Shown here: piece by piece, positions 1-20,125 of the stretch
Layout: every line of letters starts with the position of its first letter
Numbering within the stretch: position 1 is the stretch's first letter
Assembly (NCBI RefSeq): GCF_009914755.1
Contig: NC_060935.1
DNA: 64,000 nucleotides
From: the human T2T-CHM13v2.0 reference genome, Homo sapiens
Direction: 5' to 3' (one strand)
Notes under the pieces: generated by a model
Seen by the model: only the letters and a program-made list of their open reading frames with translations
What the model was told of the DNA's origin: nothing
Databases searched by the model: none
Made by a program: the position numbers and the translations under genes

Positions 1-2890
1 AGTAGTCATTCAAAAGCAGGTTGTTCAGTTTCCATGTAGTTGAGTGGTTTTGAGTGAGTTTCTTAATCCTGAGTTCTAGTTTGATTGCACTGTGGTCTGA
101 GAGACAGTTTGTTATAATTTCTGTTCTTTTACATTTGCTGAGGAGTGCTTTACTTCCAACTATGTGGTCAATTTTGGAATAAGTGCGGTGTGGTGCTGAG
201 AAGAATGTATATTCTGTTGATTTGGGGTGGAGAGTTCTGTAGATGTCTATTAGGTCCACTTGGTGAGAGCTGAGTTTAGTTCCTGTATATCCTTGTTAAC
301 TTTCTGTCTCATTGATCTGTCTAATGTTGACAGTGGGGTGTTAAAGTCTCCCATTATTATTGTGTGGGAGCCTAAGTCTCTTCCTAGGTCTCTAAGGACT
401 AGTTTTATGAATCTGGGTACTCCTGTATTGGGCACATATATATTTAGGATAGTTAGCTCTTCTTGTTGAATTGACCCCTTTACCATTATGTAATGGCCTT
501 CTTTGTCTCTTTTGATCATTGTTGGTTTAAAGTCTGTTTTATCAGAGACTAGGATTGCTACCCCTGCTTTTTTTTGTTTCCATTTGCTTGGTAGATCTTC
601 CTCCATCCCTTTATTTTGAGCCTATCTTTGTCTCTGCACATGACATGGGTCTCCTGAATACAGCACATTGATGGGTCTTGACTCTTTAAACAATTTGCCA
701 GTCTGTGTCTTTTAATTGGAGCATTTAGCCTATTTACATTTGAGGGTAATATTGTTATGTGTGAATTTGATCTTGTTATTATGATGTTAGCTGGTTATTT
801 TGCTCATTAGTTGATGCAGTTTCTTCCTAGCATCGATGGTCTTTACAATTTGGCATGTTTCTGCAGTGGCTGGTACCGGTTGTTCCTTTCCATGTTTAGT
901 GCTTCCTTCAGGAGCTCTTTTAAGGCAGGCCTAATGGTGACAAAATCTCTCAGCATTTGCTTGTGTGTAAAGGATTTTATTTCTCCTTCACTTATGAAGC
1001 TTAGTTTGGCTGGATATGAAATTCTGGGTTGAAAATTCTTTTCTTTAAGAACGTTGAATATTGGCCCCCACTCTCTTCTGGCTTGTAGAGTTTCTGCCGA
1101 CAGATCAGCTGTTAGTCTGATGGGCTTCCCTTTGTGGGTAACCCAAGCTTTCTGTCTGGCTGCCCTTAACATTTTTTCCTTCATTTCAACTTTGGTGAAT
1201 CTGACAATTATGTGTCTTGGAGTTGCTCTTCTTGAGGAGTATCTTTGTGGCGTTCTCTGTATTTCCTGAATTTGAATGTTGGCCTGCCTTGCTAGATTGG
1301 GGAAGTTCTCCTGGATAATATCCTGCAGAGTGTTTTCCAACTTCATTCCATTCTGCCCATCACTTTCAGGTACACCAATCAGATGTAGATTTGGTCTTTT
1401 CAGATAGTCCCATATTTCCTGGAGGCTTTTCTTGTTTCTTTTTACTCTTTTTTCTCTACACTTCTTTTCTGATTTCATTTCATTCATTTGATCTTTCATC
1501 ACTGATACCCTTTCTTCCAGTTGATTGAATCGGCTACTGAGGCTTGTGCATTCATCATGTAGTTCTCGTGTCGTGGTTTTCAGCTCCATCAAGTCCTTTA
1601 AGGACTTCTCTGCATTGGTTATTCTAGTTAGCCATTCGTCTAATTTTTTTTTCAAGGTTTTTAACTTCTTTGCCATGAGTTCGAACTTCCTTCTTTGGCT
1701 CGGAGTAGTTTGATCATCTGAAGCCTTCTTCTCTCAGCTCGTCAAAGTCATTGTCTGTCCAGCTTTGTTCCATTGCTGGTGAGGAGCTGCATTCCTTTGG
1801 AGGAGGAGAGGCACTCTGATTTTTAGAGTTTCCAGTTTTTTTTACTCTGTTTTTTCCCCATCTCTGTGGTTTTATCTACCTTTGCTCTTTGATGATGGTG
1901 ACTTACAGATGGGATTTTGGTGTGGATGTCCTTTCTGTTTGTTAGTTTTCCTTCTAACAGTCAGGACCTTCAGCTGCAGGTCTGTTGGAGTTTGCTGGAG
2001 GTCTACTCCAGACCCTGTTTGTCTGGGTATCAGCAGCAGAGGCTGCAGAACAGCGGATATTGGTGAACCGCAAATGTTGCTGCCTGACCGTTCCTCTGGA
2101 AGTTTTGTCTCAGAGGAGTACCCAGCCGTGTGAGGTGTCAGTCTGCCCCTACTGGGGGCTGCCTCCCAGTTAGGCTACTCAGGGTTCAGGGACCCACTTG
2201 AGGAGGCAGTCTGCCCATTCTCAGATCTCCAGCTATGTGCTGGGAGAACCACTACTCTCTTCAAAGCTGTTAGACAGGGACATTTAAGTCTGCGGAGTTT
2301 TCTGCTGCCTTTTGTTTGGCTATACCCTGCCCTGAGATGTGGAGTCTACAAAGGCAGGCAGGCCTCCTCAAGCTGCGGTGGGCTCCACCCAGTTGGAGCT
2401 TCCCAGCTGCTTTGTTTACCTACTCAAACCTTGGCAATGGTGGGCGCCCCTCCCCCAGCCTCGCTGCCACCTTGCAGTTTGATCTCAGACTGCTGTGCTA
2501 GCAATGAGTGAGGCTCTGTGGGCATAGGACCTTCTGAGTCAGGCATGGGATATAATCTCCTGGTATGCCGTTTGCTAAGACCATTGAAAAGCACAGTATT
2601 AGGGTGGGAGTGACCCGATTTTCTGGGTGCCGTCTGTCACCCCTTTCTTTGATTAGGAAAGGGAATTCCCTGATGCCTTGTGCTTCCTGGGTGAGGCAAT
2701 GCCTCACCCTGCTTCAGCTCATGCTCAGTGCACTGCACCCACTGTCCTGCACCCACTGTCTGACACTCCCCATTGAGATGAACCTGGTACCTCAGTTGGA
2801 AATGCAGAAATCTCCTGTCTTCTGTGTTGCTCACACTGGGAACTGTAGACTGGAGCTGTTCCTATTTGGCCATCTTGGCTCCACCCCCCC
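1..2890 (-). mobile_element. L1PA (L1PA4/5-like) 5' portion: 5'UTR, ORF1 and ORF2 endonuclease start; continues beyond the left edge
   Basis: Ends with the reverse complement of the L1 5' start (ccatcttggctccacccccc at ~2870-2890). ORF 843..1676 is L1 ORF1p (RSSRRATPRHIIVRF, YPAKLSF). ORF 250..606 is the ORF2 EN domain ([17 protein letters not shown]). Confidence 0.95.
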
Positions 2891-4368
2891 AATCACAAAT
2901 ATTAAAAGCAGAATAAACTAAGAAGAAGAAATAATCTCAGAGCTTGCAGACTGCCTTTGTGAAATAAGACAGTCAGACAAGAATAGAGAAAAAAGAATGA
3001 AAAGGAATAAAAGCAACAGAAGAGACTGAATCTACAACTGACTGATGTATCTGAAAGGGATTGGAAGAATGGAACCAACTTGGAGATCACATTTCAGGAT
3101 ATCTTCCATAAGAAGTTTCCCAACTTAGCTAGAGAGGCAAACATTCAAATTCAGGAAATGCAGGAAATGCACAGAATTCCAGTAAGATACTTCACAAGAA
3201 GATCATCTTCAAAACACATAATATTCAGGTTCTCCAAGGTTGAAATGATGATAGAAAAAATGTTAAATGCAGCTAGAAAGAAAGGCCAAGTCACCTACAA
3301 AAGGAAGCCCATTGGACTAATAGTGGGCCTCTCAGATGAAACCCCCTACAAGCCAGAAGAGATTGGGGATGAATATTCAACATTCTTAAGAGAAGAAATT
3401 CTAATCCAGAATTTCATATTTGGCCAAACTAAGCTTCAGAAATGAAGGAGAAATAAGATCCCTTTTCAGACAAGCAAGTGTTGAGGGAGTTCATTACCAC
3501 CAGACCTGTCTTACAAGAGCTCCTGAAAGAAGCACTAAATATGGAAAAGAAAGTCCATTACCAGCCATTACAAAAACACACTGAAGTACACAGGACAGAG
3601 ACACTATAAAGCAGACTCATGAACAAGTCTGAAAAATGATCAGTTAGCATCATGATGACAGGATCAAATCCACACGTATCAATACTAACCTTAAATGTAA
3701 ATAAGCTAAATGCCCCAGTTAAAAGACACAGAGTGGAAATCTGGATAAAAAAACAAGACCCATTGGTGTGCTGTCTTTAAGAGATCCATCTCACATGCAA
3801 TAGCACACACAGGCTCAAAGTTAAGAGATGTAGAAAAATCAACCAATAAAATAAAAAGGCAGAAAAACCAGGGGTTGCAATCCTACTTTCTGACAGAACA
3901 GAGTTTAAACCAACAAACATGAAATAGAGAAAGAAGGCATTACATAATGGCAAAGGGTTCAATTCAACAAGAAGATCTAACTATCTTAAATATGTATGCA
4001 TCCAATGCAGGAGTACCCAAATTCATAAAGCAAGTTCTTAGAGACCTTCAACAAGAAAGATTCCCACACAATAAGAGTGGGAGATTTTAACACTCCACTG
4101 ACAATATTAGACAGATCATCAAGACAGAAAATTAACAAAGATATTCAGGAGCTGACATCAGCACTGGATCAAATGGTCCTGACATGTATCTGAAGAACTC
4201 TCCACCCAAACCAATAGAATATACATTCTTCTCATTGCCACATGTCACATATTCTAAAATCAATCACTTAATCAGAAGCAAAACACCCCTCAGCAAATGC
4301 AAAATAACTGAAATCATAAAAACAGTCTCTCAGACCACAGCACAATCTAATTAGAAATCAAGACAAGA

Positions 4369-9915
<5,547 letters not shown>

Positions 9916-10603
9916 AGAAATCAAGACAAGAAATTTATTCAAAATCATACAATTACATGAAAATTCAATAACCTGCTCCTGAATGACTTTTGGATAAGTA
10001 AGGAAATTATGGCAGAAATCAAGAAATTCTTTGAAACTTAATGAGAACAAAGATACAACATACCAGCATCTCTGGGACACAGCTAAGGCAGTGTTAAGGT
10101 GGAAATTTATAGTACTAAATGCTCACATCAAAAAGTTGGAAAGATCTAAAGTTAACAACCTGACATCACAACTGAAAGAACTAGAGAGCAAAGAGCAAAT
10201 AAATCCCAAAACTAGAAGACAAGAAATAATCAAAATTAAAGCTGCACTGAAGGAGATTGAGACACAGAAGCCGTTCAAAAGATGAACTAATAAAGATTCA
10301 TTTTTTGAAAAAATTAATAATATATATATAGATCCCTAGCTAGACTAATAAAGAAGAAAAGAGAGAAGACTCAAATAAACAAAATCAGAAACATCAAGGG
10401 TGATATTACCATTGACCTCATAGAAATACAAACAACAATCAGAGAATATTATGAACACCTCTATGCACATAAACTAGAAAATCTAGAAGAAATGGATAAA
10501 TTCCTGGACACATAAACCCTCCCAAGACTGAACCAGGAAGAATTTGAATCCCCGAACAGACCAATAACAAGCTCTGAAATTGAGGCAGTAATAAATAACC
10601 TAC

Positions 10604-11200
10604 TGAAGGAAATAATGTATACAGTGGTCCATTTCCAAGACAAAGTGCCTTGAATTGGCTTAGAACTACAGAAGAGACAGGATATACTAAGACCCTGCTT
10701 GAATAGCTGATGCCTACTTCTCAGCCTCCCCCTCCCGCCTCCCTCCTCACTTAGCTGCCCTCACTTGAACCAAAGACATTTAGTCTAAGATAAAATTTAC
10801 TAGTCTCCAAAGTAGCTCACTTTGTGTGTTCTTATCAGCCTGCCCAGCTACTTAGGTCATAAGTCAAATATGTAAAAAGCCCCTGAGCTCATTAGGATTG
10901 CAAGGCATTGTGGGTTGCAAAAAAAATGCAGCAAGACAACCCTAAAAAAACACCTGAAGCCACTACCCAACAATCAATAGGCGACGTCCGAGAAGATTGT
11001 AACCTCATATATTCAGCCTATGAGGAACCAGGGGAGGGACTTGCACACTATGGGATAAATTGCTTGTTGATACTGTGCTGGATGTGCCCGCGTGCCAGAC
11101 ACCCAATCTTGCAAGATCACCATTGAAAGTCTCACTTCCGCTGTTCTCTGTGTCTCTGAGTCCATTCTTTGGGTTTGGACAAGTGAGTTTGTTTCTCACA
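10604..11200 (+). mobile_element. Solo LTR, probably class I ERV (~597 bp), family not identified
   Basis: TG...CA termini (tgaaggaaat...tttctcaca). It interrupts the host L1 ORF2 within 'cctac-caacc', with a degraded 5-bp TSD (cctac/cataa). Confidence 0.8.
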
Positions 11201-14200
11201 CATAACAACCAAAAAAAGCCCAGGACCTGATGGTTTCACAGCTGAATTCCACCAAATGTACAGAGAAGAGCTGGTACTATTCCTACCAAAACTATTCCAA
11301 AAAATTGAGGAGTAGAAACTCCTCCCTAACTCATTCTATGAGGGCAACATCATCCTGACGCCAAAACCTGGCAGAGATACAACAAAAATAGAAAACTTGA
11401 GGCCAACATCCTTGATGAACATCAGTGCAAAAATCCTTAAAAAATTACTGGTAAACAGAATCCAGCAGCACATTGAAAAGCTTATCCAGCATGATCTAGT
11501 AGGCTTTATCCTTGGGAAGTAAGGATGGCTCAACATAAACAAATCAATAAATTTGATTCATCACATAAACAGAACTAAAGACAAAAACACATGGTTGTCT
11601 CAAGAGATACAGAAAAGGCTTTCAATAAAATTCAACATCCATTAATATTAAAAAAAACTGTCAATAAACTAGGTATTGACAAAACATACCTCAAAATAGT
11701 AAGTACCATCTATGACAAACCCACAAACAACATAATACTGAATGGGCAAAAGCTGGAAGCTTTCCACTTGAAAACTGGCACAAGATGAGGTTGCCCTCTC
11801 TCACCACTCCTATTCAACATAGTATTGGAATTCCTGGCCAGGGCAATCAGGCAACAGAAAGAAATAAAGGGCATCCAAATAGGAAGAGAGGAAGTCAAAC
11901 TATCCCTGTTCATAGATGACAGGTCTTATATCAAGAAAACCCCATAGTCTCAGACCAAAAGCTTCTTAAGCTGATAGACAACTTCAGCAAAGTCTCAGGG
12001 TACAAAATCAATGTGCAAAAATCACTAGCATTCCTGTACACCAACAACAGCCAAGCCAAGAGCCAAATAATGAATGAACACCCATTCACAATTGCCACAA
12101 AAAGAATAAAATGCCTAGGAATACAGCTAACTAAGGAGGTGAAAGATCTCTACAAGGAGAACTACAAACCACTGCTCAAAGAAATCAGAGATGATACAAA
12201 CAGAAAAAATTGCATGCTCATGGATAGGAAGAACCAATATTGTTAAAGTGGCCATACTGCCCAAAGCAATTTATAGATTCAATGCTATTCCTATTCAGCT
12301 ACCACTGAGATTCTTCACAGAGCTAGGAAAAACTATTTTAAAATACATATGAAACCAAAAAGGAGCCTGAACAGCCAAGACAATCCTAAGCAAAAGAAAT
12401 GAAGCTGGAGGCATCCATCATGCTACCCAACTTCAAACTTTACTACAGGGCTTCAGTGACCAAAACAGCATGGTACTGGAACAAAAACAAACACATAGAC
12501 CAATGGAACAGAACAGAGAACACAGAAATAAGACCAAACACCTACAACTCTCTGATCTTCAACAAAACTGACAAAAACAAGCAATGGGGGAAATAATTCC
12601 CTATTCAATAAATGGTGCTATGATAACTGGCTAGACATATTCAGAAGACTAAAACTGAACTCCTTACTTACACCATGTACAAAAATTAACTCAATATAAA
12701 TTGAAAACTTAAACGTAAAATCCCAAACTATAAAAACCCTGGAAGACAACCTAGGCAATACCATTCAGGACATAGGCACAGGAAAAGATTTCATGATAAA
12801 AACACCCAAAGCAATTGCAACCAAAGCAAAAATTGACAAATGGCATCTAACTAAACTAAAGAGCTTTTGCACAGTAAAAGAAACTATCAACAGAGTAAAC
12901 AGACAACCTACAGAATGGGAGAAAATTTTTGCAAACTATGCATCCAATAAAGGTCTGATATTCAGAATCTATAAGGAAGTTAGACAAAATTTCAATAAAA
13001 AAACAACCCCATTAAAAGTGGGCAAAGAGGGGTGGCTGGCAAGATGGCTGAAGAGGAACAGCTCTGGTCTGCAGCCCCCAGCGAGATCAATGCAGAAGGT
13101 GGGTGATTTCTGCATTTCCAACTGAGGTACCTGGCTCATCTTATTGGGACTGGTTAGACAGTGGGTGCAGCTCACAGAGGGTGAGCAGAAGCAGGTTGGG
13201 ACATCACCTTGCCTGGGAAGTGCAAGGGGTTGGGTAACTCACTCCCCTAGCCAAGGGAAGCCATGAGGGACTGTGCTGTGAGGGACGGTGCATCTGGGCC
13301 CAGATACTATGCTTTTCACATGGTCTTCACAGCCCGCAGACCAGGAGATTCCCTTGGGTGCTTATACCACCAGGGACCTGGGTTTCAAGCACAAAACTGG
13401 GTAGTCATTTGGGCAGACACTGAGCTAGCTGCAGGAGTTTTTTTTTTTTTAATACCCCAGTGGTGCCTGGAATGCCAGTGAGACAGAACCATTCACTCCC
13501 CTGTAAAGGGGGCACTGAAGCCAGGGAGTTAAGTGGTCTAGCTCAGTAGATCCCACCCCCATGGAGCCAAGCAAGCTAAGATCCACTGGCTTGAAATTCT
13601 CACTGCCAGCACAGCAGGCTGAAGTCGACTTGGGACACTAGAGCTTGGTGAGGGGAAGGGTGTCCAACATTACTGAGGCTTGAGTAGGCGGTTTTCCCCT
13701 CACAGTGTAAACAAAGACACAAGGAAATTTGAATTGGGCAGAGCCCACCACGGCTCAGTGCCTAAGCTGCTGTAGCCAGACTGCTTCTCTAGATTCCTTC
13801 TCTCTGGGCAGGGCATCTCTAAAAGAAAGGAAGCAGCCCCAGTCACGGGCTTATAGATAAAATTCACATATCCCTGGGACAGGGCACGTGGGGGAAGGGG
13901 CGGCTGTGGGCGCAGCTTCAGCAGACTTAAACGTTCCTGCTTGCTGGCTCTGAAGAGAGCAGTGGATCTCCGAGCACAGTGCTTGAGCTCTGCTAAGGGA
14001 CAGACTGACTCCTCAAGTGGGTCCCTGACCCCGGTGCCTTCTGACAGGGAGACACTTCCCAGCAGGGGTTGACAGACACCTCATACAGGAGAGCTCCAGC
14101 TGGCATCTGGCAGGTGCCCCTCTGGGATGAAACTTCCAGAGGAAGGAGCAGGCAGCAATCTTTGCTGTTCTGCAGCCTCTGCTGGTGATACCCAGGGAAA

Positions 14201-17200
14201 CAGGGTCTGGAGTGGACCTCCAGCAAATGCCATCAGACCTGCGGCAGAGGGGCCTGATTATTAGAAGTCAAACTAACAAACAGAAAGGAATAGCATCAAC
14301 ATCAACAAAAAGTACAATCACACAAAAACCCCATCTGAAGGTCACCGACATCAAAGACCAGAAGTAGATAAATCCACAAAGATGAAGAAAAACCAGTGCA
14401 AAAAGGCTGAAAATTCCAAAACCAAGAATGCCTCTTCTCCAAAGGATCACAACTCCTTGGCAGCAAGGGAACAAAACTGGACACAGAATGAGCTTGACAA
14501 ATGGACAGAAGTAGGCTTCAGAAGGTGGGTAATAACAATCTCCTCTGAGCTAAAGGAGCATGTTCTAACCCAATGCAAGGAAGCCAAGAACCTTGAAAAA
14601 AGGATAGATGAATGGCTAACTAGAATAACCAGTTTAGAGAAGAACATAAATGACCTGATGGAGCTGCAAAACACAGCATGAGAACTTCATGAAGCATACA
14701 CAAGTATCAATAGCAAAATTGATCAAGCAGAAGAAAGTATATCAGAGATTGAAGATCAACTTAATGAAATAAGGTGTGAAGACAAGATTAGAGAAAAAAG
14801 AATGAAAAGGAATGAACAAAGTCCCCAAGAAATATAGGACTATGTGAAAAGACCAAACCTATGATTGACTGGTGTACATGAAAGTGACGGGGAGAATGAA
14901 ACCAAATTGGAAAATACTCTTCAGGCTATTATCCAGGAGAACTTCCCCAACCTAGCAAGACAGGCCAACATTCAAATTCAGGAAATACAGAGAACACCAC
15001 AAAGATACTCCTCGAGAAGAGCAACCCCAAGACAGATAAGCATCAGATTCAGCAAGGTTGAAATGACAGAAAAAATGTTAGGGGTAGCCAGAGAGAAAGG
15101 TCAGGTTACCTACAAAGGGAAGCCCATCAGACTAACAGTGGATCACTCTGCAGAAACCCTACAAGCCAGAAGAGAGTGGGAGCCAATAATCAACACTCTT
15201 AAAGAAAAGAATTTTTAACCCAGAATTTCATATCCAGCCAAACTAAGCTTCATAATTGAAGGAGAAATAAAATCCTTTGCAGACAAGCAAATGCTAAGAG
15301 ATTTTGCCACCACCAGGCCTGCCTTACAAGAGCTCCTGAAGGAAGCACTAAATATAAAAAGGAAAAACTGGTAGCAGCCACTGCAGAAACATACCAAATT
15401 GTAAAGACCATTGACAATATGAAGAAACGGCATCAACTAATGGGCAAAATAACCAGCTAGCATCATAACGACACTATGAAATTCACATATAACCATATTA
15501 ACCTTAAATGTAAATGGGCTAAATGCCCCAAATAAAATACACAGATGGGCAAATTGGATAAAGAGTCAAGACCCATCTGTGTGCTGTATTCAGGAGATCC
15601 ATCTCACATGCAAGAACACACATAGGCTCATAATAAAGGGATGGAAGAATATTTACCAAGCAAATAGAAAGAAAAGCAGGGGTTGTAATCCCAGTCTCTG
15701 ATAAAACAGACTTCAGACTTTAAACCAAAAAAGATCAAAAAAGTCAAAGAAAGGCATTACATAATGGTAAAGGGATAAATGCAACAAGAAGAGCTAAGTA
15801 TCCTAAATATAAATGCACCCAATACAGGAGCACCCACATTCATAAAGCAAGTTCTTAGAGACCTACAAAGAGACTTAGACTCCCACACTATAATATTGGG
15901 AGACTTTAACACCCCACTGTCAATATTAGATAGATCAATGAGACAGAAAATTAACAAGGATATTCAGGACTTGAACTCAGCTCTGCACCAAGCCAACCTA
16001 ATAGACATCTACAGAACTCTTCAGCCAAAATAAACAGAATATACATTCTTCTCAGCACCACATCACCCTTACTCTAAAATAGACCACATAATTGGAAGTA
16101 AAACATTCCTCTGCAAATGCAAAAGTATGGAAATCATAACAAACAGTCTCTCAGACCACAGTGCAATCAAATTAGAACTCAGGATTAAGAAACTCACTCA
16201 AACCCACACAACTACATGGACACTGAACAACCTGCTCCTGAATGACTATTGGGTAAATAACAAAATTAAGGCAGAAAAAAATACATTTTCTGAACCCGAT
16301 GGGAACAAAGATACAATGTACCAGAGTCTCTGGGACACATTTAAAACAGTGTTTAGAGGGAAATTTATAGCACTAAATGCCCACAGAGGAAAGTGGGAAA
16401 CATCTGTAATTACCATCCTAACATCACAATGAAAAGAACTAGAGAAGTAAGAGTAAACAAATTCAAAAGCTAGCAGAAGACAAGAAATAACTAAGATCAG
16501 AGCAGAAATGAGAGATAGAACCATGAAAACCCTTCAAAAAATCAATGAATCCAGCAGCTGTTTTTTGAAAAAAATAACAAAATAGACCGCTAGCAGGACT
16601 AATACAGAAGAAAAGAGAGAAGAATCAAATTGGCACAATAAAAAATGATAAAGGGGATATCACTGCTGATCCCATAGAAATACAAACTGCCATCACAGAA
16701 TATTATAAACAACCCTATGCAAATGAAGTAGAAAATCTAGATGAAATGGATAAATTCCTGGACATATACATTCTCCCAAGACTAAACCAGGAAGAAGTTG
16801 AATCCTTGAATAGACCAATAACAAGTTCTGAAATTGAGGCAGTAATTAATAGCCTACCAACCAACCAAAGGCCAGGACCAGAAAGATTTACAGCCGAATT
16901 CTACCAGAGGTACAAAGAGAAGTTGGTACCCTTCCTTCTGAAACTATTCCAAACAACAGAATAAAAGGGACTCTTCCCAAACTCATTTTATGAGGCCAGC
17001 ATCATCCTGATACCAAAACCCATTGGAAACACAACAAAAAAATTCAGGCCAATATTCCTGATGAACATTAGTGCAAAAATCCTCAATAAAATATGGGCAA
17101 ACTGAATCCAGCAGCACATCAAAAAGCTTATCCACCACCATCAAGTCAGCTTCATCCCTGGGATGCAAGGCTGGTTCCACGTAAGCAAATCCATCACATA

Positions 17201-18760
17201 AACAGAACAAATGACAAAAACCACATGATTATCTCAATAGATGCAGAAAAGGCCTTCAATAAAATTGAACACCACTTCATGCTAAAAACTCTCAATAAAC
17301 TAGTTATTGATGGAACGTATCTCAAAATAATAGGAGCTATTTATTACGAACCTATAGCCAATATCATACTAAATGGGCAAAAGCTGGAAGCATTCCCTTT
17401 GAAAACCAGCACAAGATGAGGGTGGTGTCTCTCACTACTCCTATTCAACATAGTATTGGAAGTTCTGGCCAGGCCAATCAGGCAAGAGAAAGAAATAAAG
17501 GGTATTCAAACAGGAAGAGAGGAAGTCAAAATCTCTCTGTTTCCAGACAGTATGATTGTTTATTTAGAAAACCGCATTGTCTCAGTCCAAAATCTTCTTA
17601 AGCTGATAAGCAACTTCAGCAAAGTCTCAGGATACAAAATCAATGTGCAAAAATCACAAGCATTCCTATACACAAATAATAGAAAAACAGAGAGCCAAAT
17701 CATGAGTGAACTCTCATTCACAGTTGCTACAAAGAGAATAAAATACCTAGGAATAGAACTCACAAGGGATGTGAAGGATGTCTTCAAGGAGAATTGCAAA
17801 CCACTGCTCAAGGAAATAAGAGAAAATACAAACAATGGAAAAATATTCTGTGCTCATGGATAGAATCAATATCATAAAAATGGCCATACTGCCCAAAGTA
17901 ATTTAAAGATTCAATGCTATCCCCAACAAGCTACAAATGACTTTTTCACAGAATTAGAAAAAAGTACTTGAAATTTCATATGGAACTACAAAAGAGCCTA
18001 CGTAGCCAAGGCAATGTTAAGCAAAAAGAACAAAGCTGGAGGCATCATGTTACCTGACTTCAAACTACATTACAAGGCTACAGTAACCAAAACAGCATGG
18101 CAGTGGTACCAAAACAGATACATAGACCACTTGAACAGAACAGAGCCCTCAGAAATAATTTCACACATCCACAACCATCTGATCTTTGATAAACCTGACA
18201 AAAACAAGCAATGGGGAAGGGATTCCCTATTTAATAAATGGTGCTGGGAAAACTGGCTAGCCATATACAGAAAACTGAGGGGTCCACCTTATACAAAAAT
18301 TAACTCAGGATGAATTAAAGACTTAAATGTAAGACCTAAAGGCATAAAAACCCTAGAAGAAAACCTAGGCATTACCATTCAGGACATAGGCATGGACAAA
18401 GATTTTATGACTAAAACACAAAAAGCAATGGCAACAAAAGCCAAAATTGATAAATGGGATCTAATTAAGCTAAAGAGCTTCTGCACAGCATTGGTAACTA
18501 TCATCAGAGTGAACAGGCAACCTTCAGAAGGGGAGAAAATTTTTGCAATCTATTCATCTGGCAAAGGGCTAATATCCAGAATCTACAAGGAACTTAAATA
18601 AATTTACAAGAAAAAAATACTCCATCAAAAAGTGGGTAAAGGATATGACCAGACACTTCTCAAAATAAGACATTTATGCAGCCAACAAACATATGAAAAA
18701 AAGCTCATCATCACTGGTCATTAGAGAAATGCAAATCAAAACCACAATGTGATACCATCT

Positions 18761-19251
18761 TGGAACAGGAATTAAGAGAAATGAAAGAATGTGTAAGCAG
18801 AAACTCAGCTGTATGTAAGAAAACCCAATTCCCCCTGAGAAAAAGAAAGAGCTGGAGTCCTTTAAAAATTAACTGCCTATTTTTCTGTGGCTAGTGAGCC
18901 TTATCTCTCCTTCTTTCCTAGGCATTGTGAAGACCCTGTTTCTCTAGATGTGTAGCTGCAAGGTCACTAGACAGATAAACTCAAGTCGTAAAACATGTTT
19001 GTTTTTGAAATGTAAGAAATGATGTAATGCATGTCTTAATTAATTGAATAACTGTCTTTGTTTCTCACTTCTGTAATATGCTTCCCCCTGCACAGATCTC
19101 CCCCTACCCCACGAAATGCTTAAAAGGTAACTTAAGTCTTTGTTCAGGGCTCAGTCCTTTGGATGCTAATCTGACTGGGCCAGCACACCTAAATAATAAC
19201 TATCCTCCTGAACCCCATTGGTCTCTCTGATTCCTTAACAATCCTGCAACA
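18761..19251 (+). mobile_element. 5' LTR (LTR15/HERV1-LTR-like)
   Basis: TG...CA termini; direct repeat of 25584-26074. Confidence 0.92.
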
Positions 19252-19255
19252 TTTC

Positions 19256-19273
19256 TGGGGACTCATCCAGGAT
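19256..19273 (+). other. Primer binding site, tRNA-Pro
   Basis: TGGGGACTCATCCAGGAT matches the Pro PBS TGGGGGCTCGTCCGGGAT at 15/18; two of the differences are CpG decay. Confidence 0.85.
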
Positions 19274-20125
19274 TGGAGATGACAGATTTACTGTCTCCTT
19301 TGCCTGTGGGACTACAGCCCTGTGGCCATGGGAGACCTGGCATCCAAGGCATACCATGAGGGAGCTTCACCTGGATGGAGACTGGCTCTTCCCCCATCCT
19401 GGCAGCCTGCCTGGCAGTGCAATGGAGCCAGGGGTGGGGCTGCAGTATGATACCAGCACTTCAGGAACCATGGTAAGGAGCAAGGGCCCAAGGCAGGGAA
19501 GCCCATCCCATAAGGACAAAGGGGAGCTTCATCACCTCCCAGGGAACAACCACTAATCCAACCCAGAATGGCTGGGGGTGGCAGGAGTCGCTTGCCAATT
19601 TGGATGAACCTCATGTCCCCACTAACAAAGTGAAAGTGGTTCATTGGATCTGGAGACAGGAACTGGGAGTGTGTGGGTGCATGTAAACCTACCCGGGACA
19701 CGAGAGAGGCTCATTTCATCTGATAGGAAGTCCTGGGGTAGGAGTGGTGTGTGTATGTGTGAGAATGTGGGAGCCTAACTAGGCTCACCTGGGACATGAG
19801 AGAGGCTTGTTTCATCTGATGAGGAGTCCTGGGGCAGGGGAGATGTGTGAAAGTGTGTGAAAGAGACAGTGTTGGGAGAGGCCAATGTGGGGAGTGACAG
19901 GAGGCATAGATCCCTTAGCAGGGGCTGTGTGCTTGGAGGTGAGTGTGGGGGAAATTAGAACTAGGATGCTGCATATGGCTGATAGGACCAGCTTCATGGC
20001 CAGCTTCATGGCTGTAGCAGGCTGTGACAGGGGAAGGCACGTTCCTGGCTAAGCAGCATCCAAAACTCCCATAACAGGACCCGGTCTGGTGGACCCAAGA
20101 GTGAAAGTGTGCCACAAGGGAGGAA

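Noticed and set aside
18991-19000. p53 half-site AAACATGTTT in the LTR
   Set aside because: A single half-site with no adjacent good second decamer.
19680-20015. ~95-bp duplicated blocks and a 12-bp tandem repeat in the ERV leader
   Set aside because: Leader repeats are common in class I ERVs; nothing indicates locus-specific function.
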